DNA of 43,534 nucleotides from a virus: UHGV virus genome UHGV-0803811; one strand, 5' to 3'. Shown piece by piece: positions 1 to 11,500 of this stretch (position 1 is its first letter; each line of letters starts with the position of its first letter). The notes under the pieces were generated by a model. It saw only the letters and a program-made list of their open reading frames with translations, ran no database searches and was not told where the DNA came from. The position numbers and the translations under genes were made by a program.

Positions 1-320
1 TGGCGGAAGAGCTGAATGCGGAAGGGATCATTTCTCAGCTTGATGCACGTGCACTCGAGTTGCTGGTGGAAGCCTATACCGAATACCGGCATCACTGCGA
101 AACACTCGATGTTGAGGGGTATACCTACCGCACGGAAACGCAGAATGGCGATGTGCTGATCAAGGCACACCCGGCTGCTGCGATGAAGGCTGATGCCTGG
201 AAGCGGATCCGGGCGATGCTTGCAGAGTTTGGTATGTCACCGGCAAGCCGGGCCAAAGTAAATATTGCCGGACCGGATGATGTTGATCCGCTGGCGGAGC
301 TTTTAAAAGCGAGAGACTGA
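1..320 (+). CDS. terS: terminase small subunit (P27-family-like), 5'-truncated by window start
   Basis: Frame is open from position 3 with no stop (AEELNAEGIISQLDARALELLVEAY...); stop TGA 318-320 overlaps the ATG of the next gene (tgATGg); position immediately upstream of terL. Confidence 0.75.
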   Translation, partial: AEELNAEGIISQLDARALELLVEAYTEYRHHCETLDVEGYTYRTETQNGDVLIKAHPAAAMKADAWKRIRAMLAEFGMSPASRAKVNIAGPDDVDPLAELLKARD

Positions 321-2077
321 TGGCAAAAGTGGCTGACGGGATCCGCTACGCCGAACGTGTTGTTGCAGGAGAAATTGTTGCTGGCGAATTTGTCCGCCTG
401 GCCTGCCAGCGTTTTCTTGATGATCTGAAGTACGGCGAAGAGCGGGGGATTTATTTCAGTGAACCCCGTGCGCAGCACATCCTGAATTTCTACAAATTTG
501 TGCCTCATGTAAAAGGGGCGCTGGCAGGCCAGCCTATTGAGTTGATGGACTGGCATGTATTTATCCTCATTAATATTTTTGGTTTTGTCATTCCGCTGGT
601 GAATGAAGAGACCGGGGAAGTTGTCATGCGCAGCGATGGCAGCGGGCGCCCGGTGATGGTGCGCCGGTTCCGGACAGCATACAACGAAGTTGCCCGTAAA
701 AACGCAAAATCAACCCTGTCATCGGGTATCGGTCTGTATATGACGGGGGCAGATGGTGAAGGCGGGGCTGAGGTGTATTCAGCCGCAACCACGCGTGACC
801 AGGCCAGAATCGTGTTTGAAGACGCCAAAAATATGGTCAGAAAAGCCCGATCGACACTCGGGCGGTTGTTTGATTTCAACAAGCTGGCGATTTACCAGGA
901 GCAGAGCGCATCAAAATTTGAACCGCTTTCTTCGGATGCAAACAACCTGGATGGTCTGAACATCCACTGCGCCATTATTGATGAGCTGCATGCACATAAA
1001 ACCCGTGACGTGTGGGACGTTCTGGAAACGGCAACCGGTGCCCGTCTGCAGTCCCTTTTATTTGGTATCACCACGGCAGGGTTTAACAAGGAAGGGATTT
1101 GTTACGAGCAGCGTGATTACGCCATCAAGGTATTGCGTGGCTATAACAGCGACGTGGAGGGCGCGGTAAAAGACGACTCCTACTTTGCGATTATTTACAC
1201 CCTCGATGAGGGAGATGATCCGTTTGATGAAACGGTCTGGCAGAAAGCGAATCCCGGCCTGGGCATCTGTAAACGCTGGGATGATCTGCGTCGCCTGGCG
1301 AAAAAAGCGAAAGAACAGGTCTCTGCGCGGGTGAATTTTTTTACCAAACACATGAATGTGTGGGTAACAGCAGAGTCTGCCTGGATGGACATGATTAAGT
1401 GGGAGAAGTGCGAATACATTGCCCCACGACATGAGCTGAAAACGTATCCCATGTGGGTCGGCGTTGACCTTGCTCATAAGATTGATATCTGTGCGGCGGC
1501 AAAACTCTGGCGAACGGATAACGGGCATGTTCATGCCGATTTTAAATTCTGGCTCCCGGAAGGACGGCTGGAACGATGCTCGCGGCAGCAGGCAGAACTT
1601 TACCGGAAGTGGGCGGAGATGGATAAGCTGATTCTGACGGATGGTGATGTTATCGATCATGCTCAGATAAAAAGTGACTTACTGGAATGGATTGGTGGTG
1701 AAAATCTCAGGGAACTGGGATTTGACCCGTGGAGCGCGATGCAGTTCAGCCTGGCACTGGCTGAAGAAGGGATACCGCTGGTGGAGGTTCCGCAGACGGT
1801 TCGCAATCTGTCAGAGGCCATGAAGGAAACGGAATCACTGGTCTATGCCGGGCGTTTCCATCACAGCAATCATCCGGTCATGAACTGGATGATGTCTAAC
1901 GTTACGGTAAAACCGGACAAAAACGACAACATCTTCCCGAATAAATCCACGCCGGAAGCCAAAATCGACGGCCCTGTTGCGATGTTTACAGCAATGAGCC
2001 GGATGCTGGTCAATGGTGGTGAACCGGAGCCGGATCTGTCTGAACATCTGGTCAGCGTGGGCATCCGCTCGCTTTAA
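320..2077 (+). CDS. terL: terminase large subunit
   Basis: 585-aa ORF directly after terS and before portal; size and order typical of HK97-type packaging modules. Confidence 0.9.
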   Translation: MAKVADGIRYAERVVAGEIVAGEFVRLACQRFLDDLKYGEERGIYFSEPRAQHILNFYKFVPHVKGALAGQPIELMDWHVFILINIFGFVIPLVNEETGEVVMRSDGSGRPVMVRRFRTAYNEVARKNAKSTLSSGIGLYMTGADGEGGAEVYSAATTRDQARIVFEDAKNMVRKARSTLGRLFDFNKLAIYQEQSASKFEPLSSDANNLDGLNIHCAIIDELHAHKTRDVWDVLETATGARLQSLLFGITTAGFNKEGICYEQRDYAIKVLRGYNSDVEGAVKDDSYFAIIYTLDEGDDPFDETVWQKANPGLGICKRWDDLRRLAKKAKEQVSARVNFFTKHMNVWVTAESAWMDMIKWEKCEYIAPRHELKTYPMWVGVDLAHKIDICAAAKLWRTDNGHVHADFKFWLPEGRLERCSRQQAELYRKWAEMDKLILTDGDVIDHAQIKSDLLEWIGGENLRELGFDPWSAMQFSLALAEEGIPLVEVPQTVRNLSEAMKETESLVYAGRFHHSNHPVMNWMMSNVTVKPDKNDNIFPNKSTPEAKIDGPVAMFTAMSRMLVNGGEPEPDLSEHLVSVGIRSL

Positions 2078-2088
2078 CCGAGGTCATT

Positions 2089-2271
2089 ATGTTTCTGATA
2101 ATTCTCGCGCCACTGGTGGGCGTGCTGGGTGCGCTTTTGCTGGCGTATGGTGCCTGGCTGATTTATCCCCCGGCGGGTTTTGTTGTTGCCGGGGGGCTGT
2201 GCCTGTTCTGGTCGTGGCTGGTGGCGCGATATCTCGACCGTACACAGTCGTCTGTCGGCGGAGGTAAATAG
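2089..2271 (+). CDS. small hydrophobic protein (two predicted TM segments), unknown function
   Basis: 60-aa ORF, strongly hydrophobic ([24 protein letters not shown]...), preceded by GAGGT 7 nt upstream of ATG. Confidence 0.4.
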   Translation: MFLIILAPLVGVLGALLLAYGAWLIYPPAGFVVAGGLCLFWSWLVARYLDRTQSSVGGGK

Positions 2272-3512
2272 TGTTCTTTTCGGGATTATTTCAACGAAAA
2301 AGTGACGCGCCGGTGACCACGCCAGCAGAGCTGGCGGCTGCTATCGGGCTGTCATATGACACCTATACCGGAAAGCAGATCAGCAGCCAGCGGGCCATGC
2401 GACTGACGGCGGTTTTTTCCTGCGTCAGGGTGTTGGCAGAGTCGGTCGGGATGTTGCCCTGCAATCTGTATCACCTGAACGGCAGCCTGAAACAGAGAGC
2501 CACCGGCGAACGTCTGCATAAGCTGATCTCCACGCATCCCAATGGCTATATGACGCCGCAGGAGTTCTGGGAGCTGGTGGTCACCTGTCTGTGCCTGCGG
2601 GGAAACTTTTATGCTTACAAAGTGAAAGCATTTGGCGAAGTGGCTGAACTGCTGCCCGTCGATCCTGGCTGTGTGGTGCCGAAGCTTAACAGTAGCTGGG
2701 AGCCGGTCTATCAGGTCACATTCCCGGACGGTTCCACGGATGTGCTGACCCAGGAGGATATCTGGCATGTGCGCACGCTGACGCTGGACGGTCTGGTGGG
2801 GCTGAATCCCGTCGCCTATGCCCGCGAGGCAATATCGCTGGCAGCGGCGACCGAAGAGCACGGGGCCAGGCTGTTCAGCAATGGTGCGGTGACGTCCGGT
2901 GTGTTGCGTACTGAACAGACGCTGTCAGATCAGGCTTATGAGCGCCTGAAGAAAGATTTTGAGGAGCGTCACACCGGGCTTGGTAATGCTCACCGCCCGA
3001 TGATCCTTGAGATGGGGCTGGACTGGAAGTCGATGGCGCTGAACGCCGAGGACAGCCAGTTTCTGGAAACCCGCAAGTTTCAGCTTGAAGAAATCTGTCG
3101 TCTGTTCCGGGTGCCGTTGCACATGGTGCAGAACACCGATCGCGCCACCTTCAACAATATCGAAGAGCTGGGGCTCGGATTTATCAACTATTCACTGGTG
3201 CCGTATCTGACCCGCATCGAACAGCGGATCAACACCGGACTGGTACGAAAAAGTAAGCAGGGCGTTTATTACGCCAAATTTAACGCCGGGGCGTTACTGC
3301 GCGGGGATATGAAGTCCCGTTTTGAAGCCTACGCCACCGGGATTAACTGGGGAATTTACTCTCCCAATGACTGCCGCGACCTGGAAGATATGAATCCGCG
3401 TCCCGGTGGTGATGTCTATCTCACACCGATGAACATGACCACGAAACCCTCCGATGGCAGTAAAGCCGGTAAGCAGAAGGATAACGCCAATGCAGACGAA
3501 ACAACGTCTTGA
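2271..3512 (+). CDS. portal protein (HK97 family)
   Basis: 413-aa ORF between terL and prohead protease; GTG start 7 nt after GGAGG. Confidence 0.9.
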   Translation: MFFSGLFQRKSDAPVTTPAELAAAIGLSYDTYTGKQISSQRAMRLTAVFSCVRVLAESVGMLPCNLYHLNGSLKQRATGERLHKLISTHPNGYMTPQEFWELVVTCLCLRGNFYAYKVKAFGEVAELLPVDPGCVVPKLNSSWEPVYQVTFPDGSTDVLTQEDIWHVRTLTLDGLVGLNPVAYAREAISLAAATEEHGARLFSNGAVTSGVLRTEQTLSDQAYERLKKDFEERHTGLGNAHRPMILEMGLDWKSMALNAEDSQFLETRKFQLEEICRLFRVPLHMVQNTDRATFNNIEELGLGFINYSLVPYLTRIEQRINTGLVRKSKQGVYYAKFNAGALLRGDMKSRFEAYATGINWGIYSPNDCRDLEDMNPRPGGDVYLTPMNMTTKPSDGSKAGKQKDNANADETTS

Positions 3513-4140
3513 TGTACCGCTGAGTCTGAAATCTGTCAGTGACTCCGGTGAGTTTGAAGGGTATGGCTCCGTCTTTGGTGTAAAGGACAGCCACGATGAT
3601 GTGGTGATGTCCGGGGCATTTGCTGCTTCCCTGCGGGCGTGGAGTGACAGAAAAGCGTTACCTGCGCTGCTCTGGCAGCACCGCATGGATGAACCCATCG
3701 GTGTTTACACCGAAATGAAGGAAGACGATGTCGGGCTTTACGTCAGGGGACGGTTGCTTATTGATGATGATCCCCTCGCAAAACGCGCACATGCACACAT
3801 GAAGGCCGGTTCGTTAACCGGCCTTTCTATTGGGTACGTCCTGAAAGACTGGGAATACGACCGGAGCAAAGAAGCCTTTCTGCTGAAAGAAATCGACCTC
3901 TGGGAAGTCAGCCTGGTGACGTTCCCGTCTAACGACGAGGCGCGGATCAGCGACGTCAAGAACGCACTGGCCCGCGGGGAAATTCCCGAACAGAAAAAAA
4001 TCGAAAGAGTCCTGCGTGATGTCGGACTCTCCCGTACCCAGGCCAAAGCATTCATGGCCGGGGGCTATGGCGCACTGTCCCTGCGCGACGCTGAGGATGT
4101 GGGCTCTGCACTGAATGCACTGAAAAATCTGAACTTCTAA
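3490..4140 (+). CDS. prohead maturation protease (HK97 family)
   Basis: ORF after portal and before major capsid; ATG at 3490 chosen, in-frame ATG at 3454 is an alternative start. Confidence 0.8.
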   Translation: MQTKQRLDVPLSLKSVSDSGEFEGYGSVFGVKDSHDDVVMSGAFAASLRAWSDRKALPALLWQHRMDEPIGVYTEMKEDDVGLYVRGRLLIDDDPLAKRAHAHMKAGSLTGLSIGYVLKDWEYDRSKEAFLLKEIDLWEVSLVTFPSNDEARISDVKNALARGEIPEQKKIERVLRDVGLSRTQAKAFMAGGYGALSLRDAEDVGSALNALKNLNF

Positions 4141-4154
4141 TCAGGAGAAATACG

Positions 4155-5360
4155 ATGGCGGTTGATATTAAAGATGTCGAACAGGTCGCGCAGGAGCTGC
4201 AGCAGAAGTTTGACGACTTCAAGGCAAAGAACGACAAGCGCGTGGATGCGATTGAGCAGGAAAAAGGCAAGCTTGCCGGGCAGGTGGAAACCCTGAACGG
4301 GAAACTCAGTGAGCTGGAAAATCTCAAAAGCGACCTTGAAAAAGAGCTGCTTGAGCTGAAACGTCCGGCAGGTGGTGCGCAAAATAAACTGGCCACCGAG
4401 CATAAAGAGGCGTTTGTGGGCTTCCTGCGTAAAGGCCGTGAAGATGGTCTGCGCGATCTGGAGCGTAAGGCATTGCAGGTGGGCACCGATGAAGACGGTG
4501 GCTATGCCGTGCCGGAAGCACTGGATCGCAACATTCTCAACCTGCTGAAAGATGAAGTGGTGATGCGCCAGGAAGCCACGGTGATCACCGTTGGCGGTTC
4601 CGACTACAAAAAACTGGTGAATCTGGGCGGTACGGCTTCCGGATGGGTGGGCGAGACTGACGCGCGCTCCCAGACTGCCACTTCCAGACTGGGGCTGATT
4701 GAACCTTTCATGGGGGAAATCTACGGTAACCCGCAGGCCACCCAGAAAATGCTGGATGATGCCTTTTTCAACGTGGAGGCCTGGATCAACAGCGAGCTGG
4801 CAACCGAATTTGCCGAACAGGAAGAAATTGCCTTTACCACCGGCGATGGTACCAAGAAGCCGAAAGGGTTCCTGGCGTATGAATCCACTGATGAAACCGA
4901 CAAGGTCCGGGCGTTCGGCAAACTTCAGCATATTGTATCCGGCGAAGCGACGACGGTGACTGCAGATGCCATTATCAAACTGATTTACACGCTGCGTAAG
5001 GCACACCGCACCGGCGCGAAGTTCATGATGAACAACAACAGCCTGTTTGCCATTCGTCTGCTGAAAGACACCGAGGGTAACTATCTGTGGCGTCCGGGGC
5101 TGGAGCTGGGGCAGCCGTCCTCTCTGGCGGGTTACGGTATCGCTGAAAACGAACAGATGCCGGATATTGCCGCTGATGCGAAAGCCATTGCATTTGGTAA
5201 CTTCAAACGGGGTTACACCATCGTTGACCGTATCGGTACCCGCATTCTGCGTGACCCGTACACCAATAAACCGTTTGTCGGTTTTTATACCACCAAGCGC
5301 ACCGGCGGCATGCTGGTCGATTCGCAGGCCATCAAACTGCTGAAGATTGCAGCGGCGTAA
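4155..5360 (+). CDS. major capsid protein (HK97 family)
   Basis: 401-aa ORF with coiled-coil N-terminal delta-domain-like region (QELQQKFDDFKAKNDKRVDAIEQEKGKLAGQVETL...); AGGAG RBS. Confidence 0.9.
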   Translation: MAVDIKDVEQVAQELQQKFDDFKAKNDKRVDAIEQEKGKLAGQVETLNGKLSELENLKSDLEKELLELKRPAGGAQNKLATEHKEAFVGFLRKGREDGLRDLERKALQVGTDEDGGYAVPEALDRNILNLLKDEVVMRQEATVITVGGSDYKKLVNLGGTASGWVGETDARSQTATSRLGLIEPFMGEIYGNPQATQKMLDDAFFNVEAWINSELATEFAEQEEIAFTTGDGTKKPKGFLAYESTDETDKVRAFGKLQHIVSGEATTVTADAIIKLIYTLRKAHRTGAKFMMNNNSLFAIRLLKDTEGNYLWRPGLELGQPSSLAGYGIAENEQMPDIAADAKAIAFGNFKRGYTIVDRIGTRILRDPYTNKPFVGFYTTKRTGGMLVDSQAIKLLKIAAA

Positions 5361-5367
5361 TCATTCA

Positions 5368-5395
5368 GGGGGCGCAGAAGTGCGCCCCTGTTCTG
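5368..5395 (+). terminator. putative intrinsic terminator/attenuator after major capsid gene
   Basis: 8-bp GC stem ggggcgca/tgcgcccc with gaag loop, followed by tgttctg (imperfect U-tract). Confidence 0.4.
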
Positions 5396-5410
5396 ACAGG
5401 TGAAAGAATC

Positions 5411-5599
5411 ATGATCCTGAAACAAGATCTGAAATGGTCACCGGACGGTATGCGTGTTGAGATTATTCGGGCCGGTGAGTATGAAGATAAAGAATTACCC
5501 GAACGGGTACGCGAAATTGCCACTGCAGCTGGGATTGTCTCTGATAAGAGAACACCTGTTGCGCGGGGGGCTGATAAGTCTAAAAAACAGCATTCATAG
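5411..5599 (+). CDS. hypothetical small protein
   Basis: 62-aa ORF in the head-completion region. Confidence 0.35.
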   Translation: MILKQDLKWSPDGMRVEIIRAGEYEDKELPERVREIATAAGIVSDKRTPVARGADKSKKQHS

Positions 5600-5610
5600 A
5601 GGTTGCCCAA

Positions 5611-5916
5611 ATGATGCCTACTCTGGAAGAGCTTCGTGTTCAGTGCCGGATTGATGATGACAATGAACAGGAGAATTCTCTTCTTATGATGTATCTGGCT
5701 GCTGCCAGGGAAGAGGCTGAAAAGTTTTTAAACCGGACGCTTTACGATGAAACTGTTTCTGAGAAGGATACGACCGGGCTTGTAATAACACCTCTGATAA
5801 AACTGCGTCTTATGCAACTGGTTGGCTACTGGTACGAGAACAGGGAAATGCAGGATGCAGTGCCTGATTTTTTCTATACCGGACTGCGGATGTATCGGTT
5901 TCATCCCGGGACATAG
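5611..5916 (+). CDS. head-tail connector protein (gp6-like)
   Basis: 101-aa ORF; N-terminus MMPTLEELRVQCRIDDDNEQENSLL typical of head-tail connector proteins. Confidence 0.7.
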   Translation: MMPTLEELRVQCRIDDDNEQENSLLMMYLAAAREEAEKFLNRTLYDETVSEKDTTGLVITPLIKLRLMQLVGYWYENREMQDAVPDFFYTGLRMYRFHPGT

Positions 5917-5924
5917 GAGGATTC

Positions 5925-6263
5925 ATGCAGGCAGGAAGATTACGTGATCGTGTGGTTATTCTGAATGCCACCACCGTTCGGTCTCCATCAGGGCACCCTG
6001 TGGAAACAATGACGGAGGGGGCAACCATATGGGCAGAAGTTAAGGGGATCAGTGGCAGGGAGAGAATATCCGGAGGCGCAGAAACTGCTCAGGCTACAGT
6101 GAGGGTCTGGATGAGATTCCGGCGAGATGTGACAGCAACTTCATGTCTGAAAGTGCTGACTGGTGCATTCAAAGGCGCGATTCTGAGTATAGACGGTCCG
6201 CCGATACCGGATGCCCGTGCCACCCGGCTTGAGATACTCTGTTCTCAGAAGGGGAATGTGTGA
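5925..6263 (+). CDS. head-tail adaptor / head closure protein
   Basis: 112-aa ORF at the expected position; remembered family pattern. Confidence 0.7.
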   Translation: MQAGRLRDRVVILNATTVRSPSGHPVETMTEGATIWAEVKGISGRERISGGAETAQATVRVWMRFRRDVTATSCLKVLTGAFKGAILSIDGPPIPDARATRLEILCSQKGNV

Positions 6264-6709
6264 TGGATTTCAGTCTTGATTTTTCAGGTCTGGCGGATAT
6301 TGCACGGGATCTGGAGACGCTCAGCAGGGCAGAAAATAATAAGGTACTGCGCGATGCCACCCGTGCCGGCGCTGAAGTTATGCGGGATGCAGTTGTTGAA
6401 CGTGCGCCGGAGCGAACCGGAAAACTGAAAAAAAATGTGGTTGTTCTCACTCAGCGTTCAAAGCGTCGGGGGGAAATTATCTCGGGTGTCCACATTCGCG
6501 GACGGAACCTGCGAACCGGAAACAGTGATAACAGCATGAAAGCCAGCGATCCCCGAAATGCGTTTTACTGGCGCTTTGTGGAGCTGGGAACGATAAACAT
6601 GCCCGCGCATCCGTTCATTCGCCCGGCTTTCGATACGACAGAGGAACTGGCAGGACAGATTGCCATACAGCGAATGAATCAGGCTATTGATGAGGTCTTA
6701 AGTAAATGA
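6260..6709 (+). CDS. HK97 gp10-like tail component
   Basis: 149-aa ORF, start overlaps preceding stop. Confidence 0.7.
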   Translation: MMDFSLDFSGLADIARDLETLSRAENNKVLRDATRAGAEVMRDAVVERAPERTGKLKKNVVVLTQRSKRRGEIISGVHIRGRNLRTGNSDNSMKASDPRNAFYWRFVELGTINMPAHPFIRPAFDTTEELAGQIAIQRMNQAIDEVLSK

Positions 6710-7050
6710 GAGAGGCCACACTGTATTCCCTGCTGTCTCAACTGGCCGGAGGACAGGTTTATCCTTATGTGGTCCCACTGACGGAGGGAAAGTCTGCGGT
6801 ATCTCCGCCGTGGCTGGTGTTTTCTGTGGTGTCTGACACGGCATCTGATGTGCTTGATGGTCAGGCTGAATCAAGAATTACCGTGCAGATCGATGTCTGG
6901 GCGACAGTACCTGATGACGCAGATGATATCCGTGAGCAGGCGCTTGATGCGGTAAGGCAACTGGCACCCTCCGTTATTTCTAAAACGCAGGGTTATGATC
7001 CTGATTCCCGTCTGAGCAGAGCCACGCTTGAATTTCAGGTAATAGCCTGA
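6706..7050 (+). CDS. tail completion/terminator-like protein (DUF3168-like)
   Basis: 114-aa ORF immediately upstream of major tail gene. Confidence 0.5.
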   Translation: MREATLYSLLSQLAGGQVYPYVVPLTEGKSAVSPPWLVFSVVSDTASDVLDGQAESRITVQIDVWATVPDDADDIREQALDAVRQLAPSVISKTQGYDPDSRLSRATLEFQVIA

Positions 7051-7071
7051 GGTCGTTAATGATTTTACCCA

Positions 7072-7098
7072 CCCGCCGCTGGCGGGTTTTTTTATTTT
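7072..7098 (+). terminator. intrinsic terminator between head-completion and tail genes
   Basis: Hairpin cccgccgctggcggg followed by ttttttt. Confidence 0.55.
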
Positions 7099-7110
7099 CA
7101 GGAGACGAGT

Positions 7111-7815
7111 ATGTCCTCTAATTTTGAACGTTCTCAGCAGACCAAAGTCATGATCTCGTCTGCACCGGTAACGGCAGAAACGCTGAGTTCTGCCAGTTTT
7201 CTTGAACTGAGCTGTACGATTAAAGAGGTTCAGTTTACCGCCGGGCAGAAACAGGATATTGATGTCACCACGCTGTGTTCTGTTGAGCAGGAAAATATTA
7301 ACGGTCTTGGTGCCGCGTCAGAGATTTCCATGTCAGGCAACTTTTATCTGAATGCTGCCCAGAACGCGTTGCGCAGTGCCTATGACAATGACACCACGTA
7401 TGGCTTTAAAGTTATTTTTCCGTCAGGCAACGGATTTACCTTTATGGCAGAGGTGCGTCAGCATACCTGGTCTGCAGGAACCAATGGAGTTGTGGCTGCA
7501 ACGTTTTCCCTGCGCCTGAAAGGTAAACCTGTACTGACGACAGAGCCACTGAAAGTGAAGGTCGATTTAAACAGCACGCTGCAGGTTTCTGCCGGAGCGA
7601 AACTCGAAATGGTGGTTGAGGCTGCCGGTGGTGTGCCGCCTTATTCTTATGTCTGGAAGAAAGGTGGTTCTCCTGTTTCCGGACAGACGGCGGCAACGTT
7701 CAGTAAGGCATCCGCAGTATCCGGTGATGCCGGTGCGTATACCTGCGAGATTTCTGATTCAGCAAGCCCGGTTAGCAAGGTGACCTCCACTTCCTGCGCT
7801 GTTACCGTCAGTTAA
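7111..7815 (+). CDS. V: major tail protein with C-terminal Ig-like domain (lambda V-like)
   Basis: 234-aa ORF followed by G/T chaperone pair and tape measure. Confidence 0.85.
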   Translation: MSSNFERSQQTKVMISSAPVTAETLSSASFLELSCTIKEVQFTAGQKQDIDVTTLCSVEQENINGLGAASEISMSGNFYLNAAQNALRSAYDNDTTYGFKVIFPSGNGFTFMAEVRQHTWSAGTNGVVAATFSLRLKGKPVLTTEPLKVKVDLNSTLQVSAGAKLEMVVEAAGGVPPYSYVWKKGGSPVSGQTAATFSKASAVSGDAGAYTCEISDSASPVSKVTSTSCAVTVS

Positions 7816-8201
7816 TGAGGATAGATGTGATGACTAAAAATATCCGTAATCTGGCACTGGCAACGATGTCGGGGTTTCGCCATAAAACCGTTGATGTGCC
7901 TGAATGGGAAGGGGCAACGGTTGTATTACGGGAACCTTCTGCAGAAGCCTGGTTGCGCTGGCAGGAGATCGTTAAAGCAAAAGATGATGAGACACCGTTA
8001 TCCGTTGCGGAGCGCGCCCGCCGAAATCTGGAGGCAGATGTTGAACTGTTCATTGATGTTCTGTGTGATACCGGACTGCAACCTGTATTTTCAGAGGATG
8101 ATCGTGAACAGGTGATTGCCGTGTATGGCCCGGTGCATGCGCGGCTTCTTCGGCAGTCTCTGGAACTGATCAGTGATGCCGGCGAGGTTAAAAAAAAGTA
8201 G
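7815..8201 (+). CDS. G: tail assembly chaperone (lambda G-like)
   Basis: 128-aa ORF ending ...GEVKKK-stop within an A8G run. Confidence 0.8.
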   Translation: MRIDVMTKNIRNLALATMSGFRHKTVDVPEWEGATVVLREPSAEAWLRWQEIVKAKDDETPLSVAERARRNLEADVELFIDVLCDTGLQPVFSEDDREQVIAVYGPVHARLLRQSLELISDAGEVKKK

Positions 8202-8503
8202 CGCTTCCGGGGATGCGTTTTCTGATGATGCTGGCGCTCAGGATGGGGCGCACATTGTCAGAGTTACGCCGGGAAATGTCCGCATCAGAAATCATGATGT
8301 GGGCAGAATTTGACAGGTTCAGCCCGCTGGGTGATGAGCGGGCTGATATCCGGGCTGCCCAGATAGTTTCTGCGGTTTACGGTGCGCAGGGTGTCAAAGT
8401 ACCACTGAATGATGCGCTTCTTCAGTGGGAACAAGAGCAGACAGAAGGCGCCTCAGATCCATTTGCCGGACTGGAAAACGCGCTTTTAATAGTGTCTCAG
8501 TGA
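7815..8503 (+). CDS. GT: tail assembly chaperone G-T fusion via programmed -1 frameshift
   Basis: Slippery A AAA AAG at 8192-8198 just before the G stop (8199-8201); the -1 frame is open from 8198 and continues through the 8213-8503 ORF. Confidence 0.65.
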
Positions 8504-8513
8504 GTCAACATAA

Positions 8514-8532
8514 CCGCTTCGGCGGTTTTTTT
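8514..8532 (+). terminator. weak hairpin + T-run upstream of tape measure gene
   Basis: ccgc-ttcg-gcgg tetraloop hairpin followed by ttttttt. Confidence 0.3.
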
Positions 8533-8542
8533 CGTCCGGAGA

Positions 8543-11500
8543 ATGAGTGTGGCGACATTACGTGAACTGATTATTAAAATCTCGGCAAATTCCCGGTCAT
8601 TCCAGTCAGAGATCTCCCGGGCTTCGCGTATGGGGCAGGATTACTACCGCACCATGCAGAACGGAGGCCGACAGTCCGCTGCTGCATCCCGTGAAATGCG
8701 GCGTGCACTGGCAGAAGTGACGGATCAGATAAATACAGCTAAATCTTCGGCACTGAATATGGCGGGGGCATTTGCCGGGGCTTTTGCTACCGGTCATCTT
8801 ATTTCTCTCGCCGATGAGTGGAATTCAGTAAATGCACGTCTGAAGCAGGCCTCACAGTCCAGTGATGATTTTCAGGCATCACAGCGTGAATTAATGGCGA
8901 TCAGCCAGAGAACGGGGACGGCGTTTTCTGATAACGCCAGCCTTTTTGCCCGTTCTGCAGCTTCCATGCGGGAGTATGGTTACAGTTCTGAGGAGGTACT
9001 GAAAGTCACCGAGGCGATCTCCACAGGCCTGAAATTATCCGGTGCCAGTACAGCAGAAGCCAGTTCAGTGATCACGCAGTTCAGTCAGGCACTGGCGCAG
9101 GGAGTGCTGCGCGGTGAAGAGTTTAACTCGGTGAATGAGAACGGCGATCGTGTTATTCGTGCGCTGGCTGCGGGAATGGGGGTTGCCCGTAAGGATCTGA
9201 AGGCCATGGCGGATAACGGAAAGTTGACCGCCGATAAGGTTGTTCCTGCACTGATTAGTCAGCTTGGGGCGTTACGTGATGAATATGCAACAATGCCTGA
9301 TACTGTTTCATCCTCTGCAACCAAAGTTGAAAACGCCTTTATGGCCTGGGTTGGTGGTGCGAACGAGGCAAGCGGAGTGACAAAGACACTCACCGGGGTG
9401 TTGAATGGTGTTGCAGGCAATATTGACACCGTGGCAACCGCTGCCGGTGCTCTGGTTGCCGTCGGAGTAGCCCGATATTTTGGCAATGTGGCGTCTTCTG
9501 CTGGATCTGCAACTGCCGGATTAATTACTGCAGCCAGAAACGAAGTGGCTCTTGCTGAAGCGCAACTTCGGGGGACACAGATAGCAACCGCCAGGGCGCG
9601 TGCGGCGGTTTATCGTGCGCAACAGGCGGTTGTTGCTGCTCGCGGTACCGAAAGGCAGGCCGCAGCAGAAGCGAAGCTGACAGCTGCTCAGGCGTCACTT
9701 ACCCGTAATATTGCGGCCAGAACAGCGGCACAGACAACGCTGAATACTGTCACGTCAGTGGGGAGTCGTCTGTTAAGTGGTGCGCTGGGGTTGGTTGGTG
9801 GTGTGCCGGGGCTTGTCATGCTGGGGGCTGCGGCCTGGTACACGATGTATCAGAATCAGGAGCAGGCCAGAGAATCTGCACGCCAGTATGCCGCAACAAT
9901 CGACGAAATTCGCCAGAAAACGTCGGCAATGTCGCTTCCTGAAGCGTCAGATAATGAGGAAAAGACGCGACAGGCACTGAAGGAGCAGAACAGGTTAATT
10001 GACGAGCAGAAAAGTAAGATTAAATCCTTACAGGAAAAAATTGCTGGCTATCAGTATGTGCTGGCAAACCCGGGCTGGACAACCGATAACGGTTTTATGA
10101 TTAACCACATGACGTCGGTAAAAACTGTTACAGAAGGGCTTGCAGAAGCAACAAATCAACTGGCAGTTGAACAGTCCCGTCTCACACAAATGCAGGGCAA
10201 AGCGCAATCCATTCAGGATGTGCTTGCCGGGCTGGAGGAGCGACGGGTGGCGTTGATCCGTCAACAGGCCGCGGAACAAAACAAAGCGTATCAGTCCCTG
10301 TTGATCATGAATGGGCAGCATACCGAGTTTAATCGCCTTCTCGGGCTCGGTAATGAATTACTTCAGCAGCGACAGGGGCTGGTGAATGTACCGTTACGGC
10401 TACCACAGGCAACCCTGGATGATAAACAGCAGACCGCACTGAATAACAGCAAGCGCGAACTGGCTCTGTCCCGCCTTAAGGGGGAAGCGCGTGAGCGTGC
10501 CCGACTGGGCTATGCTGCGGATGATCTCGGCTTTGTGGGAGAGGCGTATCAGACAGCCAGACAGAATTATATCAATAACTCACTGGATGCCTGGCGAAAT
10601 AACCAGGCAAATAAACCCAAAGCGCATAAAAAGACCGAAGCGGAAAAAACAGAAGATATTTATAAACGGCTGATTAAACAGCAGAAAGAGCAGATAGCAC
10701 TGGCAGGGCAGAATACTGAACTGGCTAAGATGAAATATCAGGTCAGTCAGGGCGAATTATCAACCCTGTCAGAAGCGCAGAAAAAAACGCTTTTGCAGAA
10801 TGCAGCACTCATCGACCAGAAAAAGATTCGTGAGCAGCTTGCTGCGTATGAGAGCAGTCTGGCGGACAGTAATGCCAGTGCCCGGGCATCTGACGACGCG
10901 CAGTTGCTGGGATATGGTGAAGGCTCACGGATGCGTGAACGACTCCAGGAAATGTGGAGTATCCGGCAGGCGTTTGAGCAGAAAAATAACGAGTTGCTGA
11001 GACAGTATCAGGCCGGAGAAATTGAAGAAGCCCTGTGGAAACAGGAAAAATCGCTTAATGAAAAATATCTGGAAGAGCGTCTCAGCGATCAGCAGGATTA
11101 TTATGCAAAGGCTGATGCTTTACGCAGTGACTGGAATGCCGGACTCCAGGAGGGGCTGACGAACTGGGCAGACAGTGCCACCGATTATGCTTCGCAGGCG
11201 GCAGATGCTGTCGTTTCCACTATGGACGGGCTGGTATCAAATATTTCCGATGCACTGGCCGGAAATGTTGTGGACTGGCGAAACTGGGGGAGTTCAATTC
11301 TCCAGGAAGTTTCAAAAATTCTGATGAACGCTGCCATCGTTAACGGGCTGAAGTCACTTTCCAAAAGCATGTCCGGTGCCGGAGGATGGCTTGGTACGGT
11401 CGGCGACTGGCTTTCCGGTGCAGTGGCAAACGCAAAAGGTGGTGTTTATACATCGGCAAATCTGAGTGCTTACAGTAACACCATTGTGGATACCCCGACG

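Noticed and set aside
125-2861. Multiple 60-200-aa ORFs antisense or out of frame within the terminase and portal genes (e.g. 125-556, 1058-1660, 2352-2861)
   Set aside because: All embedded in strongly supported structural genes; no RBSs; treated as spurious.
4137-5006. 289-aa minus-strand ORF antisense to the major capsid gene
   Set aside because: Fully overlapped by the capsid gene on the opposite strand; odd composition; an antisense open frame is common in GC-rich coding DNA.
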